Source: Octopus bimaculoides
Taxonomy: Eukaryota
Reading direction: 5' to 3'
Assembly: GCF_001194135.2 (NCBI RefSeq)
Contig: NC_068984.1
Location: 50,710,846-50,764,056, forward strand
Length of the DNA: 53,211 nucleotides
Under the pieces are notes generated by a model. It was not told the origin of the DNA. It made no database searches and saw only the letters and a list, made by a program, of their open reading frames with translations. Every line of letters begins with the position of its first letter. Positions within the stretch are counted from its first letter, which is position 1. Shown one piece after another: positions 13,205-24,821 of this stretch. Both the position numbers and the translations under genes were made by a program.

Positions 13205-13395
13205 ATTGTTTCTCCCCTTACCGGAACTGGTTTGTTTACGTCCCCCTAACCTAGTGGTTTGGCAAAAGAGAGACAATAGAATAGATATCAGATCCGAAAA
13301 AAATAGCAAGTATCAAGGTCGGTCTTTTTCAACTAAATCTTCAATGCAGTGCCCCAGTATGGCCGCTGTCCAATGACTGAAACAAGTATAAAGTA
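13205..13395 (+). mobile_element. SINE family B, 3' half
   Basis: Contains ttcggcaaaagagacaatagaata...ccccagtatggccgctgtccaatgactgaaacaagta. Confidence 0.75.
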
Positions 13396-13718
13396 AAATA
13401 TGCGTCTGTGTGTATGTGTGTGTAACATTGTACTTAACTATGCTATTGTATATACACAAATGTATCTCGTTTTCGTTACTCTTGTGGAATAATAAAGAAA
13501 TTAATGATTTCTGTTATCGTGAGTTGTCTTTGCTTTCATTCATAACGCTAGCTCAGTTGTGAACGACCCGACTTTTCAGACAGTTTATCTAAGACTACAC
13601 TGTTTAACGTGGTTTTATGTTTGTTTCCTTGTCTGCTTGTTTATCTGACTTAAAGACATTACGTGTAACTTGAGGGAGTTTTGGCTGCTAATTTTGCGGC
13701 TTAAGATCTATCCTGTCT

Positions 13719-14124
13719 CTCTTTACTCTTTTACTCTTTTACTTGTTTCAGCCATTTGACTGTGGCCATGCTGGAGCACCGCCTTTAGTCGAGCAAATCG
13801 ACCCCAGGACTTATTCTTTGTAAGCCTAGTACTTATTCTATCGGTCTCTTTTGCCGAACCGCTAAGTTACGGGGACCTAAACACACCAGCATCGGTTGTC
13901 AAGCGATGTTGGGGGACAAAAACAGACACACAAACATACACACACACATACATATATATACGACGGGCTTCTTTTCAGTTTCTGTCTACCAAATCCACTC
14001 ACAAAGCTTTGGTCGGCCCGAGGCTATAGTAGAAGACACTTGCCCAAGGTGCCACGCAGTGGGACTGAACCCGGAATCATGTGGTTGGTAAGCAAGCTAC
14101 TTACCACACAGCCACTCCTGCGCC
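13719..14124 (-). mobile_element. SINE family B, full-length young copy
   Basis: Nearly identical to the reverse complement of 45791-46230. Head ggagtggctgtgtggtaag, B box ggttcagtccc, CORE-like caccttgggcaagtgtctt, (GTAAAAGA)n tail. Possible 7-bp TSD cctgtct at 13712 and 14123. Confidence 0.93.
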
Positions 14125-14340
14125 TGTCTGATTATGTATTTGTCAATTACTGATGTGAATATTGAACTGCAGGTTGGTGCCACTATAAGAAATTAGCGTT
14201 ATGCATTAATAGTAGTTTTATTTGTTATTATTGACTTCGTTGTTATTATTGTTGTTGTTATTGTTAGTATTGTCGACGTCGTCGTTATTGTTGTTGTTGT
14301 TGTCACCGTCGTGAGAGGAACCTAAAGTTAATTTAACAGT

Positions 14341-14530
14341 TCCCCACCATGGTTTGACAACTGCTGTTGGTTTGTTTATATCCCGGTACTTAGCAGCGGT
14401 CTGACTAAAGAAACCGATGGAATAAGTGCCAGGTTTTAAAAGCAAATAAATACTGGGGTACATTCGTTTGGACTAAACCGTTCAAGGCAGTGCTCCAACA
14501 TGACCGCAGTCCAATAACTGAAACAAGTAT
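14341..14530 (+). mobile_element. SINE family B, 3' half
   Basis: Contains ccccaccatggtttgacaac...gtgctccaacatgaccgcagtccaataactgaaacaag. Confidence 0.75.
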
Positions 14531-14531
14531 A

Positions 14532-14573
<42 letters not shown>

Positions 14574-14775
14574 ACAGAAGGTTTCACTGATAATTTATGT
14601 TTTCGACCTTAGAAAGATTTAAGATAAAGCTGATCTCGGCGGTATTTGAACTCAGAACACGAAGTGTTAGAATTTAACACCCCCAGGCATAGCATTTTGG
14701 TCTGACGCTCAATAATTTCCATCTTTCTAATTTCTACTCCACAATTTTGAAGAATAAATTTAATCTTGGATTTAT

Positions 14776-15045
14776 GGCGACGACGAGGGTTCAAGTTGAT
14801 GCATTCAACGGAACAGCCTGCTCGTGGAATCAACGCTTGCTTTTAGCGTAGCTCTCAGGGAGATTCAGCGTGAAAAAGAATGTGACAAGGCTGACCTTTT
14901 GAAATACAGGTACTACTCATTTTTGCGAGGTGATTGGACTGGAGCAACGTGAAATAAAGCGTCTCGCTCAAGGACACAAAGCGTCGCCGGGAATTGAACT
15001 CACGACCTTACGATCGTGAGCCAAATACCTTACCCACGCGCCTTC
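14776..15045 (-). mobile_element. SINE family D (CORE-like body) carrying the family-C 3' tail
   Basis: Head with B box (revcomp of gggaattgaactcacgacc) and body (revcomp gtgtccttgagcgagacgctttatttcacgttgctccagtcc). Tail gtgacaaggctgacc...aacggaacagcctgctcgtg is shared with family C. Confidence 0.8.
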
Positions 15046-15207
15046 ACACAGTTAGAGTTCATCGACTTTATTACTTGAGTGGTACTCATAGCTATAGGGA
15101 CAACGAGGTGGAAGACAAGGATTGTTTAGTCACTCCTGAAAAGTTCACAACTTTCCCTACCACCCCCACCGAGTATTTCTGCATAATAAACACATATATA
15201 AAAAAAA

Positions 15208-15585
15208 TGTGTGGTAAGAAGCTTGCTTCCGAACACTTGATTTGGGGTTCAGTCCTACTGCGTGACACCTTGGGCAAGTGTATTCTACGATAGCTTTGAA
15301 CCAACTGAAGCCTTGTGAATGGATCTGGTAGACGGAAACTGAAAGAAGCCCGTCGCTTATGTGTGTGTCTTTGTATCTCTGTCCCCACCACTACGACTTG
15401 ACAGCTGGTGTTGGTGTGTTTATGTCCCCCATAACTTAGTTGTTCGGTAAAAGATCTCGGTAGAATAAGTACCAGGCTTTAAAAAAATACTGAGGTCGAT
15501 TCATTCGACTAAAAATTCTTCAAGGAGATGCCCTAGAATGGCCGCAGTCTAATCTAATGACTGAAACAAGTAAAAGAAAAAGATA
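15208..15585 (+). mobile_element. SINE family B, near full length (older subfamily)
   Basis: Contains gtggtaagaagcttgcttcc...caccttgggcaagtgt...aatgactgaaacaagtaaaaga. Confidence 0.88.
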
Positions 15586-15948
15586 TGTCCTCCCCCTACT
15601 CTAAGATTAATAATACCCCCTATGCCCGACATACCCATCAAAAGTAATAAGTCTGCCGGTACTGATTTTTATCAACGTACAAAAGGATGAAGGTGAAAGA
15701 AACGTCGGCGAAACTTATTGCACTACATACAGAAAGGTATTTCGCTGACGCGCTACCGATTCTGCCGTCTACTACAACCACCACAAGTAGGTTACTTATT
15801 CTATTAACTGTAATAATAACGTACAAAACATAAATAAATAATAATAATAATAATAATGATTTAATTTATTTGCCACAAGGACAAGAGGAACAATACAGAG
15901 GCAGACATAAAGTGTGGGGGTTTACATATTAATAATAATAATAATAAT

Positions 15949-16398
15949 CTTTTCTACTATAGGCTTGGGATTTGTGGAGAGGGGAATAGTCGATCGCCTC
16001 GACCCAATACTTGACTGGCACTTAATTTATCGACTCCGAAAGGATGAAAGGCAAAGTCGACCTCGACGGAATTTGAACTCAGACCATAAAGATGGACGAA
16101 GTGCAGCTAAGCATTTCGCCCGGCGTACTAACAATTCTGCCAGCTCACCGCCAAACCAGTGTGAAGGGACCCGGCACAATATCTTTTTCTACTCTAGGCA
16201 CAAGGCCCGAAATTTTGGGGGAGGGCGCTAGTCAATCAGATCGACCTCAGTACGCAACTTGTACTTAATTTATCGATCCCGAAAAAAATGAAAGGTAGAG
16301 TCGACCTCAGCGGAATTTGAACTCAGAACGTAATGACAGACGAAGTACCGCTAAGTATTTCGCCCGGCGTGCTAATGTTTCTGCAAGCTCGCCGCCTT
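15949..16398 (-). mobile_element. Two head-to-tail SINE M copies (15949-16152, 16177-16398)
   Basis: Both carry gaaaggatgaaaggcaaagtcgacctc..ggaatttgaactcaga (second copy diverged) and a ...gccagctcgccgcc-type head. (AAT)n tail at 15931-15948. Confidence 0.9.
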
Positions 16399-16499
16399 AA
16401 GGACCCGGTACAATATCAACATCAGACTAATACTACTACTACTACACGCCCCCATTCACGCACTATTACCACTGTCATACACACCTCTGCGTGCTCACC

Positions 16500-16870
16500 C
16501 AATCCGCTAGAAACAGCAGCCTTCGAAAAAGGATACATTAGGTAATGTGATCCTGGCTTCGGTAATAAATAGGCTCGATCAGGGTTGACCTGGTGTTATA
16601 CAACAACAGCAACAATTAGCGTCACCATCGCCAATACCAGGCAACGAGGAGAGCCTATACGTGGTCGGTCAGCCTGCTAGAAGTGGTAATCAAATCTCTG
16701 TAAAACACAGTGCTGTCTTAGAAAAAAAAAAGGACACGTTTTGGGCAATGTAATCCAGCCGGGAAAATTACGTCTAAGAAATAAAAGACGGGATGTTCAC
16801 GGTTGGAATGTTTTTCATCGTGGTTTTTCTTTCTCGATCGGTGCTTTCTTGGGGTGGGGCCTAAACAACT
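16500..16870. mobile_element. Interspersed repeat family E, two degraded copies (orientation and class unknown)
   Basis: The motif chain ctgctagaaatagcagccaaat...ggacacatt...gggatggtcac..ctggaat...gatcagggttgacctgg recurs at ~10485, 20750 (inverted), 27810 (inverted) and 41865. Confidence 0.6.
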
Positions 16871-17761
16871 TCAGCACAAGCTGCTACTACTACTACTACT
16901 ACTACTACTACCACTACTACCACGACTACTCTTACTGCCACTGCTACCTCGGCACCTGCTGCTGCTACTGTCGTCATCACATTGGAAACATTCAAAACGA
17001 CTTGTCAGTCAACACACATCAATCAAACAGCAAACATCAGCAATAGTAACAACAACTGAAAGTCAACAACAATAACAGCATCACCACCATTGTCCAACAA
17101 CAACAGCGACAGGCTTTAAAAGTTTCTATTACACCCACCTTTCAACCCCTTTTTTCTTCCTTCCTTCCCTCTCTCTCTCGCTTACCTTTTTTTTTCTTCC
17201 TCACAACTCCACCGCCACTTTCACAGTCGCCAGCTCTGCCACCACCACCACTATCAGTCAACGATCGTCACTTCATTCAGTTAAGTCTCTGTGCTAAAGC
17301 AGGTGCGTGCGTGTGTGTCGCACTGTGTCTGCTCGCGTGCGTCTATATATACATATATATACACACACACACATTCACATGTATGTATATGTATGTTCTC
17401 CAGGAGCAGCTTCCTTTGCCATCCTCCACTCCATCACTGCAACAATCCAAGTTAACTACCGGTCCTATGGAGCCGTGGATTCCATGAAAAGATTAACTTG
17501 TTCTTACTTGTGTAATGTGTAACATATAAATAAATTCATTCATACATATTCACGCATATACAAGTAAACACGCAGTTGTATTTATATACATATCTGCAAA
17601 CATACGCATGCAGAAAAATATACACATATAGACAAATATAATATATATTATATTACTAATATATTTACACTCACACACACACACACACACACATACACAC
17701 AAATATACTGCGCGCCCTCGGATTTTGTTGTTTCTACCACAAGGACGCGCATACTTCAACA

Positions 17762-18425
17762 ATGAGGACCACGAACTCACAGCTGTGGGCTCCTTTCGTC
17801 ACTTTGGTCTTACTGACCAGCTGGTCGCTATTAATTAAAGGTGGACTTTGTCGGATCCATCACCCACACCATCATCCTCATCAACAGCATAAACATAATC
17901 ATAACCAGCAGCATCAGCAGCATCAACATCTTCACGATGACAACAGCAACGACGACGACGACGACATGGAAAACATTAACGATGACAATAATAGCGACAT
18001 TGACGATAACAATGACAACGACAACAACAGTAACAAGAACAACAACAGCAACGACGTGGAAGATTTTTCGTCGGAGCGCAACTTTTATGCCCACCACGCC
18101 GACCTTCACACTGCTATGCTGAAAGAGTCGATGAAGATTCTTCTGGGTCCCAGACATCGCTACAAAGGCCCACCGCTGTCATCGTTGTCGCTGCCAGTGT
18201 CGTCATCTTCTTCATCTTCTTCCTCCTCGTCGTCCTCATCTTCGTCGTCGTCGTCTTCATCGTCGTTCTCGGTGAAGTATGACAGGAACAGTCGTTACTT
18301 AACGGACTCACAAGAACTGACAAGGCCTCCTCGCTATATGATGGAGTTGTACGAGCGATACAGGGATGGTCTACTTCAAAAGGAAACCTTTGGTAATACA
18401 GTAAGGAGCATACACGCCAGTATAG
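17762..18425 (+). CDS. BMP3: First coding exon of a secreted TGF-beta-superfamily precursor (signal peptide plus N-terminal prodomain), best match BMP3/GDF10
   Basis: ATG in ttcaacaATGa context, hydrophobic signal peptide (LWAPFVTLVLLTSWSLLIKG), and the prodomain motif RPPRYMMELYERY..GNTVRSIHASI. This resembles BMP3/GDF10 LY(D/E)(R/K)Y..GNTVRSFRA, from memory. The frame ends at a phase-1 donor (ATA G|gtaag), a few codons after NTVRS, where BMP genes have a conserved intron. Family assignment is strong. The subfamily is moderate (ADMP, BMP2/4 and Nodal not excluded without the mature domain). Confidence 0.85.
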
Positions 18426-18431
18426 GTAAGT
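18426..18431 (+). other. 5' splice donor of intron 1 (AG|GTAAGT)
   Basis: Perfect consensus donor. The in-frame read-through (GKSTLIHYC...) loses family similarity and stops at 18484. Confidence 0.9.
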
Positions 18432-20749
18432 CAACTCTTATCCATTATTGTTTAGTTCGTTTGGTATATAAACAAGAGGTCTAGAATGAGTTTTTCCAGT
18501 CATGGAATAGGTGTGCCCCAAGGAAACTGAAAGTTCACCTGATGAATTGAGCGAGTGTTTCGAGGGCTCAGTATTGTAGCAGTGTCACATTAATTTTGCT
18601 TGTCGATTACGTTAAAGTTTACTCGCACCTGTAGAATATTCAGATACCCTGTATAAGTAATTAAGAATGTGGTTCTGTTGTTTGAACTATAGGAATACTC
18701 ATTTTTGTCGAAACCGACAAAAGAGTCTATGATAAACACACGTGTGTGCATATATATATACATACATATATTTATTTATATATGTGTGTGGCCGAAAACG
18801 TGCGGTGTACGCATGTTACCTCCGCCACATATATATATATATATATATATATATACGCACACGCATATATATACACATGCACACGCATATAGATAGATAG
18901 ATAGACACACACGCACGCTTATATATAAATATATTAGGCATTCCTATAGAATAGAGGCGAAAATTATGTAGTATGCTAAAAGTCGTAATTTTTTTTTTCT
19001 GTTTTTGGACATATGNNNNNNNNNNNNNNNNNNNNNNNNNNNNNNNNNNNNNNNNNNNNNNNNNNNNNNNNNNNNNNNNNNNNNNNNNNNNNNNNNNNNN
19101 NNNNNNNNNNNNNNNNNNNNNNNNNNNNNNNNNNNNNNNNNNNNNNNNNNNNNNNNNNNNNNNNNNNNNNNNNNNNNNNNNNNNNNNNNNNNNNNNNNNN
19201 NNNNNNNNNNNNNNNNNNNNNNNNNNNNNNNNNNNNNNNNNNNNNNNNNNNNNNNNNNNNNNNNNNNNNNNNNNNNNNNNNNNNNNNNNNNNNNNNNNNN
19301 NNNNNNNNNNNNNNNNNNNNNNNNNNNNNNNNNNNNNNNNNNNNNNNNNNNNNNNNNNNNNNNNNNNNNNNNNNNNNNNNNNNNNNNNNNNNNNNNNNNN
19401 NNNNNNNNNNNNATATATATATATATATATATATATATGCACGCTTACCCCTACGCACATATTGCTAATAATATATATAACATACGTGTATGCATGTCTG
19501 ATGTTGGAAGCCACGGTCTTCATACTTTGGTAGCTGAAATTTTTGCATAGAAAGAGAAAGTCATTACCTTTATATCTGCTTACCCGATACTTACTATAAA
19601 CTTGAGCCAGACATGATACTGCTGCTTGTGTGTAAGATATTTTTCGTGTATGTTTTGATTCATGATATTCGTTGTTGGAGAGGGCAGGCAATCGAAGAAA
19701 TCAGGATGTCTGTTACTTAACTTCAACATTTTCTAAGAATTTCGACCTGCCTAAGCCTTCAGTCTCTACCTTACTTCCATTCATACATGATGCAGCCGCA
19801 TGCTCATCTTCCCTTTTTATTTCGTTTAAGACAACCAGTGGGAAGAGTCAGTAGTTCGTTCTCTCACCGTCGTTGTATCATATAACGCTTATTTTTTAAC
19901 GCTTATCCCTCAACGGACGAATGCATCTAGTTTTAGCTTGTTATCATAACGTAATTGTTGGGGTCGTGATTGTTTAACATTTGGTTAATAAGGAGCAAAC
20001 CTATGGACAAAAGAATTCCATATCTCCAGGTGCAGTGAACGTAAGACTAGATTATCTGATACGCTATAAAACTATTGAATAAGGAAGATACAGTTGCTAT
20101 TAGTATCAGTGCGAGAGACAACGTAATTAAACTATCTGTGAATTGCTGTAAAAAGCTGCAAAACCGTTGTTGTATAACCCAAAGACAGTTCTGAATGAAC
20201 AGACTTAAATATTCTCGTTTGTTTGTAGCGCTGAAGTGGGGAGAAGCTACTTGCGTCAGACCATGCTCTTGTCCTAGGAAAGATTTATCTCTCTTCAGCT
20301 TAACGTAACAGAAACCGCTAAGCCTTAGTCCTTGCGGTTATTTAAAGTATCAGCTACCTACGTACTTACCTAGCTATGCTTTGTTAACTAACTACCTGCC
20401 TACTTACGTTACTGCTCATGTACCTCCCTACCTACTCACCTAAACCTGTCAGCTATCTGATGCTGATGTGATAGCAAAATAGCTGAGTATTTAAGATATA
20501 TTAAACTACCTGTGCATGGCTCGTAAATTCAATTTCACCACAGGTGTTGTGTCTTCTTTTGTTTTTCATTCTGCTTTTGTCCACCTGGCCTGTCCAGTCC
20601 AGGCCGTAGATCCTCCGAGAAGAGATCGACAGGAGGTCAAATGAACGCTCATTCAGAGATATGCCTGAACTAGAAACGTCGAGAATTTGACAAAAGAGTA
20701 TTTGGAATAAATGTCAGTGGTGTTGTTAGTATTTAGCTCAAACTCATTC

Positions 20750-20900
20750 GTCATTAGACTTGGGGTCAAAAGAATTCCAACCGTGACCATTCCATCATCA
20801 CAGTATCCAATGTACCTTTTTAGGGAAGGTCTAACTGCTATTTCTTGCAGAGTGTACAACCATCTAGAATCTCCTTCGTTGGCCCACGTTGTTGATGTTG
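20750..20900. mobile_element. Repeat family E, inverted relative to 16500
   Basis: Contains caaaagaattccaaccgtgaccattcc...tccaatgtacc...ctgctatttcttgcag. Confidence 0.6.
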
Positions 20901-21309
20901 TAGGGAGCCTTGTACGGTAGCAAGGAAAAGCAGCGTCTAACAATGTCTAATGAACCAGAGGACCATGATTCTACTCGGGCCTCTTGCAGCTAACGAATAC
21001 CATTTCAATTCCTGGCTGAAGTGCTTTCGCTTCATTTTCACCGTTAAATAAATATTTCAGAGCAAAGCTTGAACTTCACAACTTGCCGTTTCTTTAACAT
21101 CTCTAATAACAAATATTACATTTGTTGCTAGTTAGTGTGAATAATAATTTAACTTGGTCACCTCCCCAATGGTGGGGCGGTGACTAAATTATATAGATTA
21201 TATTGATAATCTCAATTATAATTATACCTATAAATTGACTTAAGGGCGGTAGACTGGCAGAATAGGTAAAATGTCGGGGGAAAATAAGGATAAAGGACAA
21301 AGCATCTTT

Positions 21310-21620
21310 CTTGAGGCTTATGGACGCATAAGGGCCAATTTACAGGTTTCCGTGGCTTATATAAATTCTTACCTCCTGGACGGAACGCCAGACCGTCACA
21401 GGATTACTCATTTTTGCCAGCTGAATGGACTGAAGCGACGTGAAATGAAGTGTTTTGCTCAAGAGATTACTTTGGCTGTTTTATAATAAAGTCGATAAAA
21501 TAACTATTTCTAATTTTGATGCAAAACCAGCAATTTAGGAAAGGACCGTGGCCCGGTCCAGTAATTGAAACCACAATCTTACAATCATGAATCTAACACC
21601 CTAACCACCAGGCCACACGC
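21310..21620 (-). mobile_element. SINE family D (CORE-like) with V-domain-like 3' module, interrupted
   Basis: Same body as 14776 (tcatttttgccagctgaatggactgaagcgacgtgaaatgaagtgttttgctcaag). The 3' module differs (revcomp cctgtgacggtctggcgttccgtccagg). Head at ~21545-21620. Confidence 0.65.
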
Positions 21621-22551
21621 CGGGAAAAATAAAGCTTAGTTAAAGCTCTTTTCATTCGGAATTAACATTTCCACAGGGACAACTTGGCCTTTTATCCTTT
21701 CAGGGTCAATAAAATAAAGCGTCATTCGAATATTGAGGTCGATGTCCCTTCTCTTGTCCCTTCTCAACTTGCCCCTTCTCTCAAAATTACTGGTCTTGTT
21801 CGAAAGTTAAAATTATTAAAAGGCGGTGAATTCTCAGAATATTCAGCGCGTTAGATAAAATGTTTTCTAGTATTTGTTTCGATTTTTTTGTCCTAAGTTC
21901 AAACCCCACCGAGATCAACTTTTCCTTTTCTCCCCCTGAAGTTGATAAAAAATAAAGTGCCAGTTAAGTTCTGGGATTAATAGTATCAACTAACTCCTTT
22001 CTTAAATTGCTGGTTTTGCATCAAAATTAGAAATAGTTATTTTATCGACCTTATATAAAACAGCCAAAGTAATCTCTTAGCCAGTTTCAACTCAAATATC
22101 TCTAACCTTACTTCCAACTTCCCCAACACCGAAGAAACCAATTATTTTTGTAACCATCACCATTTCCCTTCCATTCTCGATCTAACTTTATTCATTCAAT
22201 AATTTGATTCCATAGCTCAAACATTAAAATGTTCTTTCCAGTATGTCGAGCGTCTGGAATTTAAAAATCGGTTTTGTTTTTTGATCGGTGATATTATCTT
22301 TCCTTTTGGTCTCTAATTATGCTTAGAATATCACGAAGGTCAATAGAACAACATCCTTGTGCCTTAGCACAGATTTAAAATGAAATTTCGAAAAAATTCC
22401 AATCAGAAAGCGAAAATGCGCTGCCTCTTGGCATTTCTCAAGAAAAATATTTCCATTGCTTACATGTTCACGACCTCACCCGCCTAGCTTTTTTTTTATA
22501 TATAAATGATATGCCGTTTTGCAATCATCCATTATTGAAACTGACTTATAA

Positions 22552-22735
22552 GGCGGTAAGCTGGCAGAATCGTTAGCACGCCGGAGAAAATGCATAGTGG
22601 CATTTCGCCCGCTTTACGTTCTGAGTTCAAATCCTGCCGAGGTCGACTTTGCCTTTCATCCTTTCGGGGTCGATGAAATAACTACCAGTTAAGCACTGGG
22701 TTCGATGTAATCGACTAGCCCCCCGTCCCCAAAAT
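22552..22735 (+). mobile_element. SINE family M, well-preserved reference copy
   Basis: ggcggtaagctggcagaatcgttagc (A box), gagttcaaatcc (B box), then gaggtcgactttgcctttcatcctttcggggtcgatgaaataactaccag (Meta-like core). Confidence 0.92.
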
Positions 22736-22749
22736 TATGAGATGATTGT

Positions 22750-23390
22750 AGGCATAGCTGCATGCAAAATTCTTTTTATGACCATGTGGTCCCGAGTTCG
22801 TTCCTACAATGCGGTGACTAAGGCTCGTGTCTTCCACTTTATATCTTCAGGGCACTTATAGTTTCGTGGATGGAATTTGGTAGTTCTAAACAGAAGTCCA
22901 ATGACCAAAGCTAGTAAAAGAATATATCCAAGCGTTTATATTACGATAAACACAACTTTGTATCTGCATGGAGCTCAAAACTCAAAAGTAGCAGTCACCA
23001 ATGAGAAAGGCAGAGTTGGATCAATACTTGACTGCTAAATTATTTGTCGACCCTGGGAGTGGGAAAGGCCTAGTTGCTACTTTGCAAGATTTGAACTTAG
23101 AGTTGATATAACTACTGTAAAACATGTTTTTTTTTTTTCCCCGACGCTTCAAGTCGACGTATTTGTGTGTGTTTGTCACCCCCCACCTGGCAACCGGGGT
23201 TGCTCTGTTTATATCCCCGCCTGGCAACCGGAGTCGCTTTGTTTATATCCCCGCAACTTAAGGATTTGGCAAAAAGAGAACGATAGGATAAATACCAGAC
23301 TTTAAAAAAGTATCAGAATTGCTTCGTTCGATTAAATCCCTTCAAGTGATATTTAAGCTTAACCACTGTCCAATGACTGAATTAAGTTAA
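22750..23390 (+). mobile_element. Degraded SINE B with an M fragment (~23000-23110, minus) in its middle and a ~31-bp internal tandem duplication
   Basis: Head remnant near 22750. The 3' half at 23165-23390 has cctggcaaccgg..tgtttatatccccg twice. Confidence 0.55.
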
Positions 23391-23980
23391 AGATATNNNN
23401 NNNNNNNNNNNNNNNNNNNNNNNNNNNNNNNNNNNNNNNNNNNNNNNNNNNNNNNNNNNNNNNNNNNNNNNNNNNNNNNNNNNNNNNNNNNNNNNNNNNN
23501 NNNNNNNNNNNNNNNNNNNNNNNNNNNNNNNNNNNNNNNNNNNNNNNNNNNNNNNNNNNNNNNNNNNNNNNNNNNNNNNNNNNNNNNNNNNNNNNNNNNN
23601 NNNNNNNNNNNNNNNNNNNNNNNNNNNNNNNNNNNNNNNNNNNNNNNNNNNNNNNNNNNNNNNNNNNNNNNNNNNNNNNNNNNNNNNNNNNNNNNNNNNN
23701 NNNNNNNNNNNNNNNNNNNNNNNNNNNNNNNNNNNNNNNNNNNNNNNNNNNNNNNNNNNNNNNNNNNNNNNNNNNNNNNNNNNNNNNNNNNNNNNNNNNN
23801 NNNNNNNNNNNNNNNNNNNNNNNNNNNNNNNNNNNNNNNNNNNNNNNNNNNNNNNNNNNNNNNNNNNNNNNNNNNNNNNNNNNNNNNNNNNNNNNNNNNN
23901 NNNNNNNNNNNNNNNNNNNNNNNNNNNNNNNNNNNNNNNNNNNNNNNNNNNNNNNNNNNNNNNNNNNNNNNNNNNNNNNN

Positions 23981-24278
23981 AGTGGCTGAGCACTCCACAG
24001 ACACGTGTACCCTTAACGTAGTTCTCGGGGATATTCAGCGTGACACAGTGTGACAAGGCTGACCCTTTGAATTACAGGCATAACAGAAACAGGAAGTAAG
24101 AGTGAGAGAAAGTTGTGGTGAAAGAGTACAGCAGGGTTCGCCACCATCCCCTGCTGGAGCCTCGCGGAGTTTTAGGTGTTTTTGCTCAATAAACACTCAC
24201 AACGCCTGGTCTGGAAATCGAAACCGCGATCCTATGACCGCGAGTCCGCTGCCCTAACCACTGGGCCATTGCGCCTCC
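23981..24278 (-). mobile_element. SINE family C, young copy truncated by an assembly gap
   Basis: About 95% identical to the copy ending at 30506. Head revcomp ggaggcgcaatggcccagtggttagggcagcggactc. Confidence 0.93.
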
Positions 24279-24821
24279 ACTCAATAATCAGTATAACGCT
24301 ACTAAATCGATCAGAGTTTAAATTAAACCTTGTCAATGGCGTAGCTACAATGTGAGTGCCGCCTGGGGCAGCCCTTGAGTTTTCCACCCCTCAGCCCTCT
24401 AAACAGGTTTATGCAGCAGACCCAAAAGCGCCGCCATCAAAAGAGCGTCGACTGCTGGTAGACCGACTTCCCACCGCCAGCTATGCTCCTGAACCTAGGG
24501 GCCAATTAACGGCTACATAACTTTCATAGAATCACACCGAACATTGCATTTGATTTGGAAGAAATTTGGTTGCTGTACGTGGTATTGTAAGAGTGGCGTT
24601 GTATGATGGAAACGTTGTGGTATTGGTGTCACATAGTGGAATCAACCATAGTTGAGTAATGCGGTAAAAGTGGTATTATAACATTGTGGGAGTGTACATT
24701 GGTGATGTAATACGTTGCTCCGGTGTGATGTTACGAAATGTTGCTGTAGCATGGTCTTGCAGTATGGTTGTGTATTCTTTGTTAAGGATACAGATTGTTT
24801 TGTTTTACTATAGCAGTTAGG

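Noticed and set aside
8933-16398. Recurring ~40-bp motif (gaaaggatgaaaggcaaagtcgacctc) resembling a CRISPR repeat
   Set aside because: Spacing is irregular, each copy is embedded in a longer SINE, and the context is eukaryotic with no cas genes.
20590-20700. Acceptor-like tgtccag as candidate exon 2 of the BMP-like gene
   Set aside because: The phase-1 continuations stop within ~15-25 codons and show no prodomain similarity.
24335-24520. Possible hAT MITE end (gtcaatggcgtagcta...)
   Set aside because: No matching second TIR or TSD found.
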